64,000 nt of DNA from a virus (lineage: Duplodnaviria; Caudoviricetes). The stretch is taken from the IMG/VR virus record IMGVR_UViG_3300032233_002657, positions 1-64,000 of that record; one strand, written 5' to 3'. This document shows, piece after piece, positions 40,252-48,214 of the stretch (its first letter is position 1; each line of letters starts with the position of its first letter). Under the pieces are notes generated by a model. That model was not told where the DNA came from. It searched no databases and saw only the letters and a program-made list of their open reading frames with translations. The translations under genes were made by a program, and so were the position numbers.

Positions 40252-40281
40252 ATCAGCTAAGGTCTGCAGGCCTTAGCTGAT
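40252..40281. terminator. hairpin between convergent genes
   Basis: ATCAGCTAAGG/CCTTAGCTGAT. Confidence 0.6.
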
Positions 40282-40294
40282 TTAATCTAATGAC

Positions 40295-41764
40295 TTAGCC
40301 GTACAAGTTTATACAGAAATAATTGCCACCAGGCCCGTAATTAGATTCTTTAGCTAATACTTCTTTAGAGGCAACTCCTGTATCTATAGCTTGCTGTGCA
40401 ATCTTTACTGAAGAGGATCTATTATCTTTAATAAAATCTTTTATAGTTTTAACTAATTTGTTATTTATATGACACCTACCGGGTATTTTTATAGAAAACA
40501 CTTTAGTGCACCCTACTGCAAGCTTTGTTTTACCAGCCATTCTGTTTTTATTAACCTCGTCTACAGCATCTAGAATGGGCATAAATGAGTCGTATTCTAT
40601 TTCATCTTCTCTATGAGCTATGCTCACTTCAAAAGGTAGCCGCATTATTTTATCATCACATATATCTGCGGCTGCTTTAATTATCTCTCCTATTCTGTAA
40701 GCCTGACTTTTATCCTTAAGCTTAACTTCTCTCAAGGTTACGCAAGCATCCCCGCATTTTAAAAGTTTAAAGTTTTTGCCCGTAGATGTAACGTCAAGAT
40801 TTTCGCTGGAGGCGAACAGCTTTCGTACTGTCCTATTGGTAAGTGCTTCAAAAGTAGCTTGATCTATGTCTTCTGTAGTAATATATATGTCTAAACCCAG
40901 GTCACATCCTTTACTTATGAAGAAAGCATTTAGCAGATCAGGGGGCACTGCGTTAACGGCTTCATCTGTAAACATGCTGGATGATGTAGGCGTAGGTGCT
41001 TCAAACAGCTCGTCTAGATAGCTTAGCACTTCAAGTACTTTGCTTTTTGTTTTGTCATTATCGTCGCTTCCAAAACTTACTGACATTAAAGCTTTATATC
41101 CTTTTAAAGCTTCTGTAGTTGCATCTATAGCGATTAGAGAAGACAGCACTAAAGTCTGAGCTATTACTTTGGCGCTTACTAGCGGGTATGCTTCTACAGC
41201 TTTTACAATTTCAATTGTAGTCACATACTGCCCAGTTGTTCTATCTACATCACCTCTGCCAGAGAACGCGTATACTCCTGCATAGTCTATGGACCGTAAT
41301 AGCTTAGTGCTTGTAAGCTTAAGATAATCATGCTTTACTATTGAACTTCCGTTACGCCATTCTACTTTTCCTTTGAATTCATTGAACGCGTCTTCAATTA
41401 GCTCTATTTCCTTATCGGTTGCTTTTGAAAAAGCACACATAGGTATCTCTAGTCCAGACACAGTTTTAGACTTTAAAAGTTCAACTATATCTTCTACCTT
41501 AAGAGCTAGTCCACCAACATTTAAAGAGTCTACCTGTAGCGTGGCTAAATCTTTTCCAATACCGTTGTATACTTCGCAATTAAACATTGCTATGTAAGAA
41601 GCTTTTCTAACAGAAAGAAGAGCTATACTAAACGGATGAATAGTCTTCAGTTTTGAAAAACAGAGAGTATCACACCCTACATAGCTCTTAACGTTTTTTA
41701 CGTTAAGATGCTCTATCGCTCCTGGGTTTACTTTTTTACCTGTCCAGACATTTAATACGCTCAT
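40295..41764 (-). CDS. hypothetical protein
   Basis: 489-aa ORF, GGAGG RBS. Confidence 0.75.
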   Translation of the reverse strand: MSVLNVWTGKKVNPGAIEHLNVKNVKSYVGCDTLCFSKLKTIHPFSIALLSVRKASYIAMFNCEVYNGIGKDLATLQVDSLNVGGLALKVEDIVELLKSKTVSGLEIPMCAFSKATDKEIELIEDAFNEFKGKVEWRNGSSIVKHDYLKLTSTKLLRSIDYAGVYAFSGRGDVDRTTGQYVTTIEIVKAVEAYPLVSAKVIAQTLVLSSLIAIDATTEALKGYKALMSVSFGSDDNDKTKSKVLEVLSYLDELFEAPTPTSSSMFTDEAVNAVPPDLLNAFFISKGCDLGLDIYITTEDIDQATFEALTNRTVRKLFASSENLDVTSTGKNFKLLKCGDACVTLREVKLKDKSQAYRIGEIIKAAADICDDKIMRLPFEVSIAHREDEIEYDSFMPILDAVDEVNKNRMAGKTKLAVGCTKVFSIKIPGRCHINNKLVKTIKDFIKDNRSSSVKIAQQAIDTGVASKEVLAKESNYGPGGNYFCINLYG

Positions 41765-41774
41765 CGTAAACCTC

Positions 41775-41969
41775 CTATTCTGCTGATTTAAACTTGTCGT
41801 TAAGTGACTTAACGATAGTCTCTAACCGATCCACTGCTTCTAGTTCTGAGCCGTCTTTGCACCGTACTTCAACAGTGAAGTTAAAGCCTTTAGTGTTTTT
41901 AGCCACCTCAATCTTTGATGGCAGTGACGCTATAGTGTTTAAATATAATTCTTTTTCTTTAATATCCAT
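41775..41969 (-). CDS. hypothetical protein
   Basis: GGGAG RBS. Confidence 0.55.
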   Translation of the reverse strand: MDIKEKELYLNTIASLPSKIEVAKNTKGFNFTVEVRCKDGSELEAVDRLETIVKSLNDKFKSAE

Positions 41970-42449
41970 TTATTTACTCCCTTTGTTTTGATTGTTTTCT
42001 AAAGTTCTGAAATGCGCTTTCCATAAAGACTGGCTAGCGCAGGTGTTAACGTTATTCTGCTCGCCTGGCAAAGGACCAAAGTCTATTTTCTTCTTTGTGT
42101 TCATATGGTTGATGATTATCAGGCTCTCCCTACTAACCTGCCTAACCAAGTCGTTATCATCTGCTAACCCTTCAAGCAGATCTTCTACGTACTCTTTACC
42201 AAGCCTTCGAGCTATAACGCATCCTGCTGCTTTGATTCTAAAGTCTGAAGACTTTAACGCTTGGTCTACAATTGCTGTTGTATTGTTGACCAGCATCGAA
42301 TTGATGATACCTCGCATATAGTATATGTCTTCTGCCGTAATCGGTTTTACAGCCACACTGGCCGCGTTCTGCGCAACGGTTCCTCAACCCGCTTTAGCGC
42401 TGTTTACGTACACAGTGATACAAACTATTAGACCTATGATGTATTTCAT
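41970..42449 (-). CDS. secreted HEAT-like repeat protein with in-frame TGA at codon 22
   Basis: AAGGAG+ATG at 42449, signal peptide ending AKA, then G-TGA-G in frame with the 128-aa ORF (LLEGLADDNDLVRQVSRESL HEAT-like). Confidence 0.6.
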
Positions 42450-42547
42450 AATTGCTCCTTTAAAAAGTGATACCCAATAACCCACCTACTACACATCGTA
42501 AACAATAGGTGATCTCGTGGTTACTGGGTACCTTAGCTGTGTCAAAC

Positions 42548-42978
42548 TGCCCTAGCCCAACACAGCCTAGCCGTGCCTGCCATTCCGCGCCGATCCAGGC
42601 CCGACCATTCCATGCCTCCCCGCGCCCCGCCTGCCTCGCCACGCCTCGACTCGCCTCAACGGACCACGCCTCGCCTGCCGTGCGGGACCGGGCCCCGCCA
42701 AACCGCGCCTAGCCTGCCGTGCCGCGCCTCGACTAGCCTCGCCCGACCTAACCTCGTCACGCCAAGCCTTGCCCAGCCGAGCCTGCCAAGCCGATCGCAG
42801 CCGGACCGCGCCACGCCTCGCCTGCCATGCCTCGCCCCGCCCCGAGCTGCCTCGTCAGACCCCGCCGCGCCACGCCTCGCCTGCCACGCCTAGCCCTGCT
42901 CCGCGCTGCCCCGTCAGGACCCGCCACGCCTGCCTCGCCACGCCTCGACCGGCCTCGCCGGACCACGCCTTACCTGCC
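42548..42978 (-). ncRNA. pentamer array A: about 9 units of GGCA+(GGY-NN)n, putative guide-RNA array
   Basis: GGCAGGY separators at + coords 42575, 42629, 42673, 42712, 42781, 42820, 42879, 42928, 42972; intervals 54, 44, 39, 69, 39, 59, 49, 44 (all 5n+4). Repeat is certain; RNA function is inferred. Confidence 0.8.
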
Positions 42979-43098
42979 TTGTTGCTATCAATATAAATAA
43001 ACGGCTAAACCAACCCGCACAGTCGTAATGTTATGAACTATGGCAGCGCCTGCATAAATTACCCGTAGCCGAACAGCTGGTTTAGCCGAATGCTCATT

Positions 43099-43602
43099 TT
43101 ACAATATTGCTCTCATTTTATTAAGCATTTCAGATAGCTCTTCGTATTTAGAGTAAGTTGCTATAAGAGTTCTAATTCTGTCTAGCAACTGCTCTTTATG
43201 CTTGTTGTCAAGAGCGGGAGTCTTAGCGACTTCAATAGTAGGGTAGTAAGCCGACCCGTCTACTGAATTATGCACGTTTACAAAAGCTCTATATTTAACT
43301 TGAGTAGACACTTTAGAGTCAGGGTTATCTACCCTAGCAACTAAGCGCACTATGTTTAAAATCCTAGCAGCTTCTATTAAGTTTAACTTGTATTGCGCTA
43401 GATCTTTATCCCTAGTGAACAAACTATAGAATGTGTCGCTAGGTTCGCTGCTGTACTCTAATAGTGCCTCTGGAGTAAGCCTACCTCCGTTTTTATCTCT
43501 TATATCTATAACGGCTTCGTAAGCTTCTTTAGCCGTTACCCCAGGTATTTCTCTGCCTTTTCTGTACTCAAACCCTACGCTTTCCTTCTTCTTTTTTGCC
43601 AT
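43099..43602 (-). CDS. accessory protein between the RAMP-like gene and array A
   Basis: 167 aa, AGGAG RBS; GRLTPEALL...RAFVNV. Confidence 0.75.
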   Translation of the reverse strand: MAKKKKESVGFEYRKGREIPGVTAKEAYEAVIDIRDKNGGRLTPEALLEYSSEPSDTFYSLFTRDKDLAQYKLNLIEAARILNIVRLVARVDNPDSKVSTQVKYRAFVNVHNSVDGSAYYPTIEVAKTPALDNKHKEQLLDRIRTLIATYSKYEELSEMLNKMRAIL

Positions 43603-43634
43603 TTAGCTACTCCTGTGTAATTACCCTAGTAAAA

Positions 43635-44384
43635 TTACTCCCATGAGAACTCGTTTACTACTAAGTAGGTTCCATGGCTTCCACCTTTTTCAGGCCTCCA
43701 TTCACCGATACCAACGGTTTGCCCACTGTGGCTAATAAGTTGCGCCATCTGCTCAGCAGTGATATGGGCTGGGTTAAACCTTACAGAAAACTTAATGCCC
43801 CACTTCTTGAACTCAGGCCTGTGACGAAGATCAGGCTTGCCTAGCATGATTCTTACACGGTCCTGCCTCATAACCGGCCCAACTTTATTTGGGTGGTAAA
43901 CTGGTGTAAGTTCTCCGCCTTCTTCATCGTTTAGGATAAAGAACATCTGGCGAGCCACAGGGCGGCTTAGCTTAGGGTTGTTAGAGGTTAACGCTGAGAT
44001 AGCGGCAGCTTTTAGAGCAAGCAGAGGAAATCCAGGCCGACCGTCTTCGAGACGATAGAATGCGTTATTATATTCTTCTTCTGGATCTTTATCTTTTCTA
44101 GGGGCTGCACCCTTAGCTGCTTTTGTCTTTGATGGCTGCATTGATTCTAGCATCTGCTGCCTGCTCTTTTCTCCGAAGTTGTTTACAAGTAGAGGCGTTG
44201 TGCCTTCTACCGTGAACTCAAGCGTGTGCAGAGTTACTGGAGCGAACGTAAAGTTTACTGGTACAATTTTGCTAGCGCTATCTAACGTAGTAGCTGCAGC
44301 CTCTCCGCTCATATTAACTGCTTCTTTAATTTTACGAGCCTTCTTCATGAATTCTTTAGTAGTTTCGCGTTTGATAGTAGCCAT
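43635..44384 (-). CDS. stand-alone Cas7/RAMP-like RNA-binding protein
   Basis: N-terminal strand LEFTVEGTTPLLV, PGFPLLALKAA, RHRPEF..W, C-terminal Gly-rich loop VGIGEWRPEKGGSHGTY; start set at MATIK after GGAG. Confidence 0.75.
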   Translation of the reverse strand: MATIKRETTKEFMKKARKIKEAVNMSGEAAATTLDSASKIVPVNFTFAPVTLHTLEFTVEGTTPLLVNNFGEKSRQQMLESMQPSKTKAAKGAAPRKDKDPEEEYNNAFYRLEDGRPGFPLLALKAAAISALTSNNPKLSRPVARQMFFILNDEEGGELTPVYHPNKVGPVMRQDRVRIMLGKPDLRHRPEFKKWGIKFSVRFNPAHITAEQMAQLISHSGQTVGIGEWRPEKGGSHGTYLVVNEFSWE

Positions 44385-44441
44385 AGAATCATTCTCCGTG
44401 AATTGATAAATTAGATAAGCCAACGCTACATTGCGCTGACC

Positions 44442-44525
44442 TTAAGCCGCTTTTATTTTTTTTCTATTACCCGTCTTTATTTTGATACTCTTCTTTATTT
44501 TTTTCTTTACTTTAACCTTTGGCAT
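44442..44525 (-). CDS. 27-aa Lys-rich microprotein
   Basis: AGGAGGAG RBS; MPKVKVKKKIKKSIKIKTGNRKKIKAA. Confidence 0.5.
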   Translation of the reverse strand: MPKVKVKKKIKKSIKIKTGNRKKIKAA

Positions 44526-44557
44526 ATTCTCCTCCTTGAGTTTAGAGACGTCTCCAC

Positions 44558-44740
44558 TTACCACTTAGAAGAGCTCGTCATTCCTGACCTCCATTCCCAG
44601 CTGCAGCCGCCCCAAAATGGGTTGCTCCAGCAGTAAGATGGCGCGTAGTAATCCATCATGTCTGTAAACCAAAGCTCTGAGCTGCCCCTATCTTCCTGCC
44701 ATCCTTGTGATCTATCGCTATCACATACTTTTCTAATCAT
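44558..44740 (-). CDS. Trp/Ser-rich MIR-family microprotein
   Basis: MIRKVC...; ATGA coupling. Confidence 0.65.
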   Translation of the reverse strand: MIRKVCDSDRSQGWQEDRGSSELWFTDMMDYYAPSYCWSNPFWGGCSWEWRSGMTSSSKW

Positions 44741-44937
44741 CGTTGATTATCCTCCAAGCTCCAAGAATCCGAACAGACCACATCTATACTCCAGGAGTCG
44801 GACCAAAACCAGACACTGATCCAGAGGCTGGACCAAGGCAATTGCCTGGACCTAGACCAATGCCGGTTTAGAGGCCAAGACTGGGAGAGGGGTCTATCTC
44901 CGCGCTTGGTAGCAGGTAGACATTTCATTATCATCAT
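44737..44937 (-). CDS. Trp/Ser-rich microprotein (MMIMK variant)
   Basis: AGGAG RBS; SW repeats. Confidence 0.6.
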   Translation of the reverse strand: MMIMKCLPATKRGDRPLSQSWPLNRHWSRSRQLPWSSLWISVWFWSDSWSIDVVCSDSWSLEDNQR

Positions 44938-44946
44938 CGTATTCTC

Positions 44947-45150
44947 CTATTCATCGTTGACGCCCCTACTCCAACACTTAGACCAAGTTTTAGATATAGA
45001 CCAAACACCTGACTTATCTTGGTCTTGGCATCTACTGCTATACCAAGACCCAGAGTCGATCATATTCCAATGCCATAGCCAAGTATAAGGCCAAGGCTTG
45101 TTCCAGTTAGTGGACCAACATTTAGATGTGGGCCACGCTTTTCTTATCAT
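44947..45150 (-). CDS. Trp/Ser-rich MIR-family microprotein
   Basis: MIRKAWPTSK; ATGA coupling. Confidence 0.65.
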   Translation of the reverse strand: MIRKAWPTSKCWSTNWNKPWPYTWLWHWNMIDSGSWYSSRCQDQDKSGVWSISKTWSKCWSRGVNDE

Positions 45151-45332
45151 AGTCTGCTCCCCCAACACCTAGACCCAAGCTCATCTTCAGCCCAGTTAAC
45201 AGACCAAACTAAAGATTTAATTTGAGACCTACTTACAGTAGTGTTATTAGACCAGGACGAAGACTCGTCAAGCCAGGAACAGCGGCTAGAATCAGTCCAA
45301 GACCTAGAAGCAGGCCATGCTTTTCTTATCAT
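45147..45332 (-). CDS. Trp/Ser-rich MIR-family microprotein
   Basis: MIRKAWPASR; ATGA coupling. Confidence 0.65.
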   Translation of the reverse strand: MIRKAWPASRSWTDSSRCSWLDESSSWSNNTTVSRSQIKSLVWSVNWAEDELGSRCWGSRL

Positions 45333-45484
45333 TTATTACTCCAGTCTCGATTTGTAGCCCAACACATAGACCAGAGATCTTCTAGGCTCCAAGACAAGCC
45401 ATAGACATAAGACCTAAGATTGGAACTCCAACTTTCGCCTTTAGACCAAGAGCGACACTTAGGAAATATAAATCTTCTTATCAT
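45329..45484 (-). CDS. Trp/Ser-rich MIR-family microprotein (51 aa, not in ORF track)
   Basis: MIRRFIFPKCRSWSKGESWS...; ATGA overlap at both ends. Confidence 0.65.
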   Translation of the reverse strand: MIRRFIFPKCRSWSKGESWSSNLRSYVYGLSWSLEDLWSMCWATNRDWSNK

Positions 45485-45669
45485 ATATCTTCCCCCCATA
45501 ACTCCGAGTAGGTTCCATCAGTTTTCCAAAGCCCACTCCAGCACCAATCCAGTATCCAACACGCTGCATGGCGCGGCCAAGGCGTATATCTTCTTTCGCT
45601 CCAAGATACTTCTTGATCTCTAGCCCAACACAGGGAGCGCCCCTCTGTTGTCACCGGTCTTCTTATCAT
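45481..45669 (-). CDS. Trp/Ser-rich MIR-family microprotein
   Basis: MIRRPVTT; ATGA overlap at both ends. Confidence 0.65.
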   Translation of the reverse strand: MIRRPVTTEGRSLCWARDQEVSWSERRYTPWPRHAACWILDWCWSGLWKTDGTYSELWGEDI

Positions 45670-45866
45670 ATTTGATGCCTCCAAGACCTGGAGTCAAACC
45701 TTCCTCTAATCCAACTCAAAGACTTACGCCAAGAGTTAGTCCAAGACCTAGCCACACCATAGGGCAAACTCCAATCCTGGGAGCAAATTACAGAGGACAA
45801 CAACTCAGACTCAGACCAAGATTCAAGCCAAGAACCAGACCTACCGCATAATGTTCTTCTTATCAT
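45666..45866 (-). CDS. Trp/Ser-rich MIR-family microprotein
   Basis: MIRRTLCG; ATGA overlap at both ends. Confidence 0.65.
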   Translation of the reverse strand: MIRRTLCGRSGSWLESWSESELLSSVICSQDWSLPYGVARSWTNSWRKSLSWIRGRFDSRSWRHQI

Positions 45867-46021
45867 ATGTCTGTTCTCCAAGACCTAGACCAAGGCCAGA
45901 CCCATCCAAAGCGCCACGCGCTGTTCCAAGACCAAGATTTAAAATTACAGCCGTAGGTGAATCTGGCATATGTTTGAGCACTTACCCAAGACTTAGATCC
46001 TGGCATTTTGTTTCTTATCAT
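45863..46021 (-). CDS. Trp/Ser-rich MIR-family microprotein (52 aa, not in ORF track)
   Basis: MIRNKMPGSKSW...WPWSRSWRTDI. Confidence 0.65.
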   Translation of the reverse strand: MIRNKMPGSKSWVSAQTYARFTYGCNFKSWSWNSAWRFGWVWPWSRSWRTDI

Positions 46022-46245
46022 TCTCCGCTCCTCGTCTTTATAGATCCTCTAATCCCCTTTGACCAAGAATAGCTTGAGTTCCTACCCAGTTCTGATATGG
46101 ATAGATACTCAGCTCCTTTCCAGGCCCTATTAAATCTCATTCTTCCCGCCCATTCGCAGGACCTAAACCAACCACTCGAACACGAGAAAGTAGGGCCTAG
46201 AATTGGGTTGTTAAAAGGCTTTCCCGCCTTATTGTGCATTCTCAT
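46018..46245 (-). CDS. Trp/Ser-rich microprotein (MRMH variant)
   Basis: TAATG overlap with upstream gene, ATGA with downstream gene. Confidence 0.55.
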   Translation of the reverse strand: MRMHNKAGKPFNNPILGPTFSCSSGWFRSCEWAGRMRFNRAWKGAEYLSISELGRNSSYSWSKGIRGSIKTRSGE

Positions 46246-46562
46246 TACGCGTCTAATGGCGCAAAGCACCATCGTGGTTGGTAAATAATCTCTACCGCCC
46301 CGAGGGAGATAATCACAGAAGATCCAATCGGATCCTCGGTGTTAGGGGTCTCCTGGCTAGAGGCGCCAGAAGTCTCGACAGCGCGCGCCTGCGCAAGCAC
46401 TAAGCAATCTTCCCCCACGTGAGATAGAATCCCACGGTAGTTGTACCGCGCACATAACACCGCTACTGGCTGCCCAAGAAACTGCTGTGCCACTTGCGCC
46501 ATGCTAGCTGCAGCTGTGCCATCTATTTCAACTAAACTAACTTTGCTTTTAACCTTAGCCAT
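46245..46562 (-). CDS. small beta-barrel (Sm/LSm-like) protein
   Basis: FLGQPVAVLCARYNYRGILSHVGEDCLVL...ISLGAVE; AAGGAG RBS. Confidence 0.55.
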   Translation of the reverse strand: MAKVKSKVSLVEIDGTAAASMAQVAQQFLGQPVAVLCARYNYRGILSHVGEDCLVLAQARAVETSGASSQETPNTEDPIGSSVIISLGAVEIIYQPRWCFAPLDA

Positions 46563-46587
46563 AATTCCAACTCCTTGAATGTGATTC

Positions 46588-46623
46588 AAACAAAAAAGGG
46601 GCAGCAGAACATCTGCTACCCCC
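46588..46623 (-). terminator. intrinsic terminator
   Basis: GGGGTAGCAGA/TCTGCTGCCCC + TTTTTTGTTT. Confidence 0.75.
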
Positions 46624-46648
46624 GTAAGCTAAACTTGTCTATATAATT

Positions 46649-46906
46649 TTAATTACCTAGAGTCCACCCTCTTCTGCCGGCGTTTTCCCAATCCCAAGAC
46701 ATATGTATTCCATCTGAATCATTTGACCAATTCCATGACCAGATCTGTTCAGGCGAGGACCAGCTGTTGGAGAACATCCAACTGCAGTTAGGCCAAGAGA
46801 ATGAGGTATGTGATCCGTAGAATGTATCTCTAACTTGTGAAACGTTATAACTGGAGCTGGATAAGCTCCAGTTATACGAGTTTCCAAATAGCGAGCGCCT
46901 TATCAT
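46649..46906 (-). CDS. Trp/Ser-rich MIR-family microprotein
   Basis: MIRRSLFGNSYNWS. Confidence 0.65.
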   Translation of the reverse strand: MIRRSLFGNSYNWSLSSSSYNVSQVRDTFYGSHTSFSWPNCSWMFSNSWSSPEQIWSWNWSNDSDGIHMSWDWENAGRRGWTLGN

Positions 46907-46908
46907 TA

Positions 46909-47235
46909 CTAGTCCGCTACCTTTCGCTCTTTCTCAGCGGCTAGCGGATCATACTCCCGCTGACGTGTCACGCACACCCACGATCCCTTAGGGAGCGTAA
47001 TATTTGAGTGCTCGTCATGACCCACGACAGTCTCTTCGGCAGAGAAGAGATAGATATCACCCTTCTCATCTACAAAAGAAGCTACTTCATTTGCAGAAGT
47101 GATCTGATGTGAATGCCCGGTGACTTCACCGAACGCCAAGATTTTGCTGCCTAGCGGCTTTAGCTTATCTAAGCCCGCTGGCTTCTTAACAACCCTAAAG
47201 AAAATATCACCCTGACGCGCTTGAAACTTCTTCAT
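46909..47235 (-). CDS. conserved His-motif protein typically paired with DUF6745
   Basis: RQGD, LAFGEVTGHSH, HDEH, RQREYDP. Confidence 0.7.
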   Translation of the reverse strand: MKKFQARQGDIFFRVVKKPAGLDKLKPLGSKILAFGEVTGHSHQITSANEVASFVDEKGDIYLFSAEETVVGHDEHSNITLPKGSWVCVTRQREYDPLAAEKERKVAD

Positions 47236-47257
47236 AACTAATTCCTTTGATTAAAAC

Positions 47258-47854
47258 TTAAGATTCTTGTGAAGGAGCATACTTATCTGCCTTCATATAG
47301 TTTGTCCAGGCCACCGCCTCTACACATGTTTTCATGTTTGGAGGCACGCACAGAAAGTAATTTTTAAAACTACCATCTGGCTCCGCCGTAGAGTTAACCA
47401 CCTTAACATACAAGGTGGGTTCTTCAAAGATTTTTGGAATCTCGAAGAGGACTCTTTCCCTGCCGAACTGATCTACGTCTCTATGCACTATACGTGTTGT
47501 AGGCATAGTCATGATTTTGTCTAGCCCAACTATCTTCATCCCAACGTATTTTACTTCTGAGTTAGGATGTCTTAACACCTCCTCTACCGTTACATCTTCC
47601 GGCTTTGTGAAGAAGTGAGGAGGAATACGCACCCCCTCGTAATAGTACAGAATACTGCCGAACTTGTCGGCGTCCATTCCGTGCTGCTTGCCGTTTTTGT
47701 ACCACATGATACGCGTGGGGCTAACATACGCTGGACCCGTGTCACAGTGCAGTCGCCCGTCTTCGTTTAATATGCGCTTAACAGGCCCGAAGCTAAACTC
47801 TCCGTTAAAGAACTTGAGTCGCGCCACCCAAGCTTCATACCCTTTATTTTTCAT
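47258..47854 (-). CDS. DUF6745-like protein
   Basis: RLHCDTGPA, YYEGVRIP, VVNSTAEPDG, YFLCVPP, AVAWT. Confidence 0.65.
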   Translation of the reverse strand: MKNKGYEAWVARLKFFNGEFSFGPVKRILNEDGRLHCDTGPAYVSPTRIMWYKNGKQHGMDADKFGSILYYYEGVRIPPHFFTKPEDVTVEEVLRHPNSEVKYVGMKIVGLDKIMTMPTTRIVHRDVDQFGRERVLFEIPKIFEEPTLYVKVVNSTAEPDGSFKNYFLCVPPNMKTCVEAVAWTNYMKADKYAPSQES

Positions 47855-47855
47855 A

Positions 47856-48053
47856 CTACCTCCTTAATTTCCAATTACAACTAGCAGAACAATCATCTTC
47901 CCAGCCGCCAGACCTATACCAGCTTTGTGAATGGGAAGTTGACTGAGACCTTGGCGATGACGGCCTTCCCCATGTTGCTATATGGAGTACAGCCCAAGAT
48001 GCATTAGAAGCACCAAACCAACTAGCCGGCATTGTTGCTGTTCTTCTAATCAT
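47856..48053 (-). CDS. Trp/Ser-rich MIR-family microprotein
   Basis: MIRRTATM. Confidence 0.65.
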   Translation of the reverse strand: MIRRTATMPASWFGASNASWAVLHIATWGRPSSPRSQSTSHSQSWYRSGGWEDDCSASCNWKLRR

Positions 48054-48214
48054 TCAAGCTCCATAAAATTTTCTGAAAACGCCCAGTTATTTACCCAGCT
48101 CCAAGAGAAGCATCCAGCAAAAATATTGGATACTCCCCAAAAATCTGATGCTGCTCTTGATGCGCTTCGCCCACAAGACCAGGATTGAGACATATGCATA
48201 CGGGATCTAAGCAC
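48050..48214 (-). CDS. Trp/Ser-rich microprotein (MLRSR variant, 54 aa, not in ORF track)
   Basis: GGAGG RBS + GTG; SQSWSC...FSWSWVNNW; ATGA coupling. Confidence 0.55.
   Translation of the reverse strand: MLRSRMHMSQSWSCGRSASRAASDFWGVSNIFAGCFSWSWVNNWAFSENFMELE

Noticed and set aside
42460-42996. Overlapping ORFs on both strands (MARQAGRG..., MPAIPRR...)
   Set aside because: Shadow ORFs of a stop-poor GC-rich repeat; period 5 and 5n+4 units do not respect codons; no RBS
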